A stretch of 55,520 nt of DNA, the filler included, from Sphacelaria rigidula (Eukaryota), in NCBI GenBank assembly GCA_964200075.2. It is 5 parts of 5 records of this genome, joined end to end, with 100 filler letters (N's around TTAATTAATTAA, not from the genome) between each part and the next. Parts side by side here need not be neighbours in the genome. Positions count along the whole stretch, not along the records: positions 44,498 to 55,520 come from CAXNAA020005519.1; 4 more parts are not named here. One strand, given 5' to 3'. Made by a program: the position numbers and the translations under genes. Numbering within the stretch: the first letter of the stretch is position 1; each line of letters starts with the position of its first letter. Of this stretch, positions 48,431 to 55,520 are shown piece by piece. The notes under the pieces are model-generated. The model was not told the DNA's origin and made no database searches. It was given only the letters and a program-made list of their open reading frames with translations.

Positions 48431-49599
48431 TTCCAGTATCAGCTTCCCCTCTCATCTCTATGAGCCGTGTTAATATTGTGTCTCGCTCCTGCAGAGGACG
48501 TAGGCGGAAGTTTCGGCCCAAAGGGTGAGGTCTTCACATGGCTGAGTCGCACCCCCTATTCCATGGCGAGGGTTTTTGGACGACATCCTCACAGGAAGTC
48601 CTGGTAGGATTCTGACACATTCCTAGCAGCGAGCTTCGTTTTTGTATTTTTTCATGTTTTCCCTATTCTCCAGGTTCCTAGAGCGACCGTGTCCTGTTCA
48701 CCTTCCACGGGTAAGTACGTTTGCCTTGGGGCTACGGCTAGATGCTTGAGAGCTCACTCAATGCGCGACAGTCAATTAGTTAAATCTTTTAGTAATCGCA
48801 CCAACTCGGCAAGCGTAGATTTTACCTTCAAGAATATCCCTCTTCCGACGTGTTGCAGCGCGTTATAATTACTCGCAGTGATGACCGTTCACATCGGGTG
48901 ATAACCGTTGAAATAGGAGTCAAATCACATATAAAACGAACGAAACTTCATCATTTTAAACACGGTATCTATACCAGGGCAACCAACGGTTGTGCGTGTG
49001 ATTCGCAGCGAAGCCAGTACTCTCTCGGTACCTCGGAGTCACTGCTCTTCGTAACTCTACGTTCTTGACGTAAAGACGAGGTCAATTAATCCGCAAAGTG
49101 AACTTCAGTAGCCTGCGTGTGTCCTTTCTGGATTGGATCATAAGAAAACTGGTCCCTAAAACGCAAGCAAAACGATCGCGACCCAACTACTTGGTATCCG
49201 CTCGTCGCGTTTCCGTTGAAAATAAATCTTGTCCCCGGTGGGCCTCAGTCATGGTGCCGACATGCTGGTCCACCGACTCAACGGACTCGAAGGGAGCCTT
49301 CTTCTCTTCTACCGACTCAACCATGGAGTGGTGACGTCGATTCGAACACTGTAACTGCTGTAAGGCGGGTTGTTGGCCCTTGTTTAGACTTGAAATCGTG
49401 GTACGTATAACCTTCGAATCGATTTGAATACACCGGAGCATCCCTCTCATGACGAGCACCATCTTGGGTATATCCCTCGCAGCTACATGATCTATCTGTG
49501 TCCTAGACAATGCCACGCTCCCTCAAGTCATAGAAGTATCCGTCAAAAACACTTTCTCGCAAATCACAGCGTTCCCGGACGCAGATCGCCTATTTATGG

Positions 49600-50950
49600 C
49601 ATCATTACAGCCTGCAGCGGCGTATGCAAAGAGTCCATCAACCCAAGTATGTTCCACGTGGTTCTCACCAATTTTGACGACCGGTTAAGGGGCTAGAGGA
49701 TTCTCAACATATGCAGCCTGTTTTCATGGGCATAGATGTGTCTTTGCTGGGGCACTTCTTGCACAGCATTTGCAAAATCCAGGCAAGCATTGCTTGCCTG
49801 CCACATCAACGATGCCAGCGCCTGCCTGTGAGGACCATCTTCAGGGTGCTCACCATTCACCTTTCATGTCCGAGATGAAGCTGATGCGGGGATGGAGACA
49901 ATGCGCGTTATGTCGGGCCTGTCAACGACGTGGTCCACATGTGCACGAAGCGGTACCGATAGTATCCCGTTCTCCAAGTCACGGCTGAGTACGCAGCCTG
50001 CATACCAGATAAGTTCCTCTCGAAACTTGGCAAGAAAACTCAAGGCCTATGCTTGCTTAAGCCTCACACAACCATCCTTGCAATAAACAGTGAGAAAATC
50101 GTCAAGGTATACGGCAACCGTGCACAGTTCGCACTCATGAGCCATGAGCCTGAACAAACACGGTTCTGTCGAACATTGCTCGAAATCGGGTTCCTCCAAC
50201 TCGTTCACCAGCTGGGCGTTCCAAGTGCATGCCACTTGTTTCAAGTCAAAGAAGCAATTTGATCAGTCGAACATGTCGGCCTAAGAGGTCGCCAGGTTCC
50301 TTGAGCGAGTAGTGCCTATCTAACCCTACCGACTCAACCGATGGGAAGCCTGCAGTACCCTGGTTACTGATAGTGTCGTTCGTCGCGGCCAACAAAATGG
50401 AAAAATCCATTAAACTGACTGGTGGGCCCGGCACTTTCAGTCCACAGAGTTCAGCGTGATACATCACAGTGTTACATATGGGCGTGTATGCGGCCAACGC
50501 TCCTCATGTGGTCAAACAAGGCAAGATAAGTCACAGATGCTTGCTTCCATATGCTTCCCACGGTGGTATTGACAGAAACCTTCATCGTATTGAGTCAAAC
50601 CTGGCGAACGATGAGGAAGCATTGGTACTGCGTGTGCCATCACTTTTACCCAAGCTTGGAAAATCTGCATCACCTCGATCGACCTGTCCCTACGCAAAGA
50701 CTCCAGCTCACCACCTATCACTCTGTTTCCCAACACGACAGCCATAACCCTTATGTCCTATATCCGTCACCCCAAGGGCGATTCATCTGTGACGCTTCCA
50801 CGTCTTCACTTCGCCCCTGCTCTCGATCGTCGGTCCAAAGCCTCAACCGGTGGCGGAGTCCAGTGCGAACTCTCCAGTGATCGACTTCAAATCGTGTTGC
50901 CACCGGATCGTCTGTATCTCACTCGGAGGAACCTCCAAGACTACCACCAG
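49600..50950 (-). mobile_element. Decayed Ty1/copia relic (RT fragment recognisable)
   Basis: LKQVACTWNAQLVNELEEPDFEQCSTEPCLFRL...VAVYLDDFL at 50047-50244; the outer boundaries are approximate. Confidence 0.7.
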
Positions 50951-52222
50951 CAACATCTGCCTCCCCACCCCTAGCGTTCTTTACCATCGTACGGTGCTCT
51001 TTGCCCCCCTCGTGCTTTGTCTTGTGCTCTACTGCACTATGCCTTTGCTATTGTTGCCTGCAGAGGAACTGTCAACTCTGCCAGACGTGTCAAACTATCA
51101 GACCGGTAATTGATCTACGTTTTGGGAGAACTCACATCTGATCCTCCCGGCCCTGTTCACCATGATTATTACCTATGGAATGGACGATAGCGTGTTCCGG
51201 CACCGGTACTGCAGTACCATACGAGTGCCACGCGACCGCAGATGTGTAAAACGATTCGTTCCAATACTCAAACAAATTTGGTAGTCATGCACGCAAAGCA
51301 GAGCACATAACACCACAAGAGAGGAGGAAATGGGGCAAACGTGATCGGGGGCTGTGCGAAGTATCACTCCAGCAATCCCCCCTCTCTACACAACCCGAGA
51401 TTGCCTGGAAACAGGTGTGGCACCAGCGAGTAGATGGGGATCTGCATATCTCAGCAGATCCAAACTGGTGACCCAACGTCTTTGTAGCAGTACACCGATA
51501 TCTTCCAAAGCAGGGGTGCTCATACCCACAGCGGCCCGCCAGGGAAACAGTCCCGAGTGGCGCCGCCATAGCCAAGTCTTATCTCCGAAACTGGTTTCGT
51601 CATCGTGTACTTCGACGCCACGACGAAGAGAGCAATGCTACGGTAGGGGTACACTTTTTGCGCAGATTTTTGTCTGGTTCAGGGGCTCGTAAGGATTCTA
51701 GATGCATGAGAGTATTGGCCAGGGCATCCCCGTTTGCAAGTTCGTTCGGGATATCCCTAGCACTTTGGAATAGTAATCTTGGTGTATTCTCACAAATTTC
51801 ATAAGTCGTGTTTTGGATGAGAATAAGGCCTCCTGACAATTCTAACCTCAGAAAATATTTGTGCACCCCCACCGTAGCATCCCTCCATAATTGATTGCTT
51901 CAGTCCGTTGACAAGATATGCCGGCAGATCATGTTCTTCGGGTCGGGGTCAGGAAGTTGCAGCTAACGCTTGATTCCCTTACTTTTTGGGCCAATCAGTG
52001 AATCTGACAATAAATAGTACTGCCTCGGAAATTGACGTGCCAATTTCCCTTCGATACGTCTGTCACACGCTACACCAACAGCAGGTGTACTAGTTTTACA
52101 GCAATAGGTGGGATTTATCCATATTCCTCACAAGTTTGAGATTCATGACTCAAGCCTGTACGCAAAATGGCCGAGGGTATGAAACGGGATCGATTAGCAA
52201 AAGCAAACAATACGCGAGTTAC

Positions 52223-52595
52223 TCAGTAAAAGGCAATATTCCCAGCGACTGAAGGCTACAAAAGCGTATGTTCGTAGTGTAGATGTCGACGCCAATGCAC
52301 AAAAAGCGCCAAATTACCGCAAAAACAAACAAAATATAACCTGAAACGACGTGAAGCCCCCAACTTCTCCAATTGTATGCAACACAGTCGGAGTTTACAA
52401 CGACAAAATAAGAGTTTCCGCGGTTTCCTCGCTCGATATCGGGATCGAGACAGCAAAAACGGCCCAATGAAACGGTGGGGATGAGCCTGCTACTTTCAAA
52501 AAGCCCGTGATGAAAACCGTTGCTTTCATGTCCAGGAATATCTATCTCGTTGCTCTCATGTCCAGGGATATCTATTTGTTGACGATCGTCACCGC
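52223..52595 (-). CDS. Probable non-LRR exon of the LRR gene, with a hydrophobic (TM-like) segment
   Basis: The acceptor tacag| is in phase 1, compatible with the upstream LRR exon; open frame GDDRQQIDIPGHESNEIDIPGHESN...VVSGYILFVFAVIWRFLCIGV...; donor |gtaact. Confidence 0.5.
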
Positions 52596-53158
52596 CTGTA
52601 ACAGGTCGTGAAGCATTTTCTTGACAGTTTTCTCGGCTCCAATTTTGGGGTGATATCCGGATACGTACCGGAAACCGCAATAAAAATCATCGTTGACGTG
52701 GCGCAAAATTAACGCTGTGGATGATGACGGGGCAGGCAAACACCTGCGACTGGAACTACTGCTCTCATGTCGAGCTGCATACGTACACTGTCGGCTTTTT
52801 AATTTCTATAGCAGCGTTGAAGTTTTCGGAACAGACTATCCATTTGTTTAATGGGAAAAGTGCTAGAGCTTCGTCGGTTTTTATTTTGTTTTCGCAACTG
52901 ATGAGGAGTATATGCGCAAGTCATATCGGTGGAGCTCTACACGTGAATTATTGGATAGCTGCAATCCTCAGCCTACCAAAAATATCACTCATGCCCCTAT
53001 CGTCATTTATGTGCATCTTTAGTATGCCTTTACGTGTATAATGTTTGCTCTTGAAGCGCAGCGCAGTGATAAAAAGCAACAAGACAGATGATTTCTGCAG
53101 AGGAAAATTGACTCCTAACTATTACGGACCATACTGGTAGTATGATCGATACACCCAC

Positions 53159-53230
53159 CGGTGAGCTTGTTGTACGACAAATCCAGTTGTTGAAGCCCAG
53201 GAAGTATGACCAGCGTAGATGGTATGTTAC
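53159..53230 (-). CDS. Single-LRR exon (72 nt, phase 1-1)
   Basis: aag|...|gtgggt, encoding GNIPSTLVILPGLQQLDLSYNKLTG. Confidence 0.88.
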
Positions 53231-53553
53231 CTTCCGATCATCACAGAAATGATAGCGAGCAGGTTGACAGGAAGAATTCATATCGTGAGGCAGACGAGTG
53301 ATACCATGAAGCGTAAGAATATTGGGCAGCCGCAACCCGTAAATAGGATCCATACTCAGTCATCATACTAAGCCACGCGTTTGGGGTACCGATGCTGCGC
53401 ACATGTTTCCCCTGGTAGTCGTTGAGAGACCTCAAGAATGCAAGACAGAAAAAGAGAGAGAGTGACAACGCTTCAGATCTTCAGCGAATAAACATGCTAC
53501 GACAATTGTTGAAACACCTGCGCAAGGTGCTAAACTAAACTTTTTGCTCGAAC

Positions 53554-53625
53554 CTTTCAGCTTATTCTTCGACAAGTCCACTTCCAGGAGCGCATTCAGC
53601 TGCGTCAATGCGGTCGGTATCTCGC
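53554..53625 (-). CDS. Single-LRR exon (72 nt, phase 1-1)
   Basis: cag|...|gttcga, encoding GEIPTALTQLNALLEVDLSKNKLKG. Confidence 0.88.
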
Positions 53626-55348
53626 CTGATAGTTATCGAACGCACATTTTCAGAGACAACGGGGACGCCGGCAGGGATCGAGGGGCGGGACGGTATGCCA
53701 CGGGGTCTCCGGTGTTGGGGCGTCCAGCTCGTGAAGCCACCCTTTATCACGAGAATTGATCGGGAGAGGACACGGGCTGAGGAGAGAGATGGCAATAGCA
53801 GCCATAAATGGATGTGAAGTCGAGGGTGCATAATGGTGAAAATGCAAAGAGAAATATGCTGGTTGGGTTGTTTGTGCGACATGTGGATCAAACCACCTGG
53901 ACCTAGCCCATAGTTTCCTGCCCCACTCAAAGCTCCACTACCCAAAATGACTGCCGTAGCAACGCGACGCTTCTTTGCATCTCCTGAAAATTGAGCACTC
54001 CCAAATCGAGCCGGCTTTCTTCATCTCTGTCAGCCGCCAATCGGAATAGCGAAAAAACACGACGACCTACTCAGCGCGACTTGCACCGCGGTTGGTCTTG
54101 CCTCGGCTCGACATGAAAGCAGAGGCGGAAGACGTTCAGTTAAAACAAAATACGGCAAAAAACGTCGCGCGCAAAAGAAAGGCCGAAATGATTTACAAGT
54201 ATCGCCGTAAAAGTGCAAACAGCTTTGGTAGGGGATTACATGGGCTGTGTTCCAGACACCGTCGTGTCCCGGAACGTGCTACTGCATTCGCTCTACTGTA
54301 CGACTGTCGCGGCGGCGGCATCTCCTCGTCACTTCAGAGTTGCCAGACGCTAGATCAACAGCGCTAGCGAGCACGTGAAGTGAGAGGGATATAAAGACGA
54401 GTTAGTTCGGATGAAAAAGCCCAAACAACAAATGCCCCAAGGGATCAGTTGCTTCGAGGTTTCAGCGGTCGGGCGTGAAGCGTTGTGGTGAGAAGATGGA
54501 CCATTCCAATACCTTCATCATCACGCAGGAATCTGTTCATTTTGGTTGTCGGGGCCTTTTGACTTGCTTGCGGGAAGAACAACGCGTTTTTTATCTCGCG
54601 GAACGGAACAAAACAGGTAACAAAGCGGTAATGTAGCCCCTCGAATGGCCATTGTGATCGATACAGACCGGATATTTCTACCTTTTTTATTTTATTATTC
54701 TGTCTTTTTCTCTTAGTCTACACTGTTGTTCTGTTCTATCTTTTCTCCAGCGAGTGTTTCGATTTTGTTTTGTCTTGGGTACGTCTTTTATGTAACCACG
54801 GCTGGATCCCTGGGGGGGGGGGGTAACTCAAAGTGCGACAATCAATCGATCAGCCGATCGATTTCCTGTTCTCAACGTGTCCGGTGCTACAGTAACCCCA
54901 ACACCTCGACCGATGAAAACAGAATTGCGACCATGGCGGTACATGATGAGTAGAAGTGATTGCGTTTGCAACAGGAAAAAACATCACACTATTTTCTTCA
55001 GTACATTCCGCTTCAAGTACGAAAAGCAGTGTGGTTGGAGTCACGCTCTGTCACGCTCTCTGATATGTATAGGATGGAAAATGACGACATAGACGGTGCT
55101 ACTAGAGAGCTTGGGATTTCAGCTATCCGACAGTGCACGTCTTGCGGGATACGAGATGCGTGCCGCATTCGTGGCGAGTGGCTGAAAGTGACAAATTGAT
55201 GCACTATATGGAAACGACAAGCTGTTGCGCTAGAAACCCGGCGACAATATGAAAAATCTGCTAGTCTCTGTTTTGAGAAACTCGCAGTCGCCGGCGAGAC
55301 ATGGGCACTTGGAATATGAGTACTGTGGACTCCGGCTGCTGCAAGAGC

Positions 55349-55379
<31 letters not shown>

Positions 55380-55475
55380 CAATAATCCAGCCCGTGGTCA
55401 GGAGCAGCAAAAAAAAAACAGAATAATAAAAGAAAAAAAAAAGAAAGGAACAGAAAAAAAAAAAAAAAACAAAAA

Positions 55476-55520
<45 letters not shown>
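55349..55520. repeat. (GATT)n microsatellite followed by an A-rich / poly-A run at the block end
   Basis: Visible directly in the sequence. Confidence 0.9.

Overview
Eukaryotic, intron-rich and transposon-rich sequence whose style (GT-AG introns, one-LRR-per-exon gene, repeat types) suggests a brown alga (Phaeophyceae); the taxon is an inference. The window is five blocks of 11,025/11,025/11,024/11,023/11,023 bp joined by 100-bp N-TTAATTAATTAA-N linkers, so they look like size-sorted unplaced scaffolds and adjacency across linkers should not be trusted. Block 1: a near full-length decayed Ty1/copia element (minus strand) with a 253-bp MITE in its RT, plus a Ty3/gypsy RT-RNaseH relic and an (AAC)n microsatellite. 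Block 2: a 5'-truncated DIRS1-type tyrosine-recombinase retroposon (RT, RNase H, methyltransferase-like, Zn ribbon, ALOG, YR) and a ~4.2-kb decayed ORF resembling an Academ-type DDE transposase, interrupted by a SINE-like insert with a 14-bp TSD. Block 3: 13 exons of a kinesin-4-family gene, with a perfect 50-bp-stem hairpin in one intron. Block 4: foldback-like and CACTA-like relics and an LTR-bounded gypsy-derived element that keeps a 628-aa repeat-containing ORF. Block 5: a minus-strand LRR gene with 72/75-nt phase-1 exons, probably decaying, with copia/gypsy relics between exons. All family calls come from reading motifs by eye; no database search was run.
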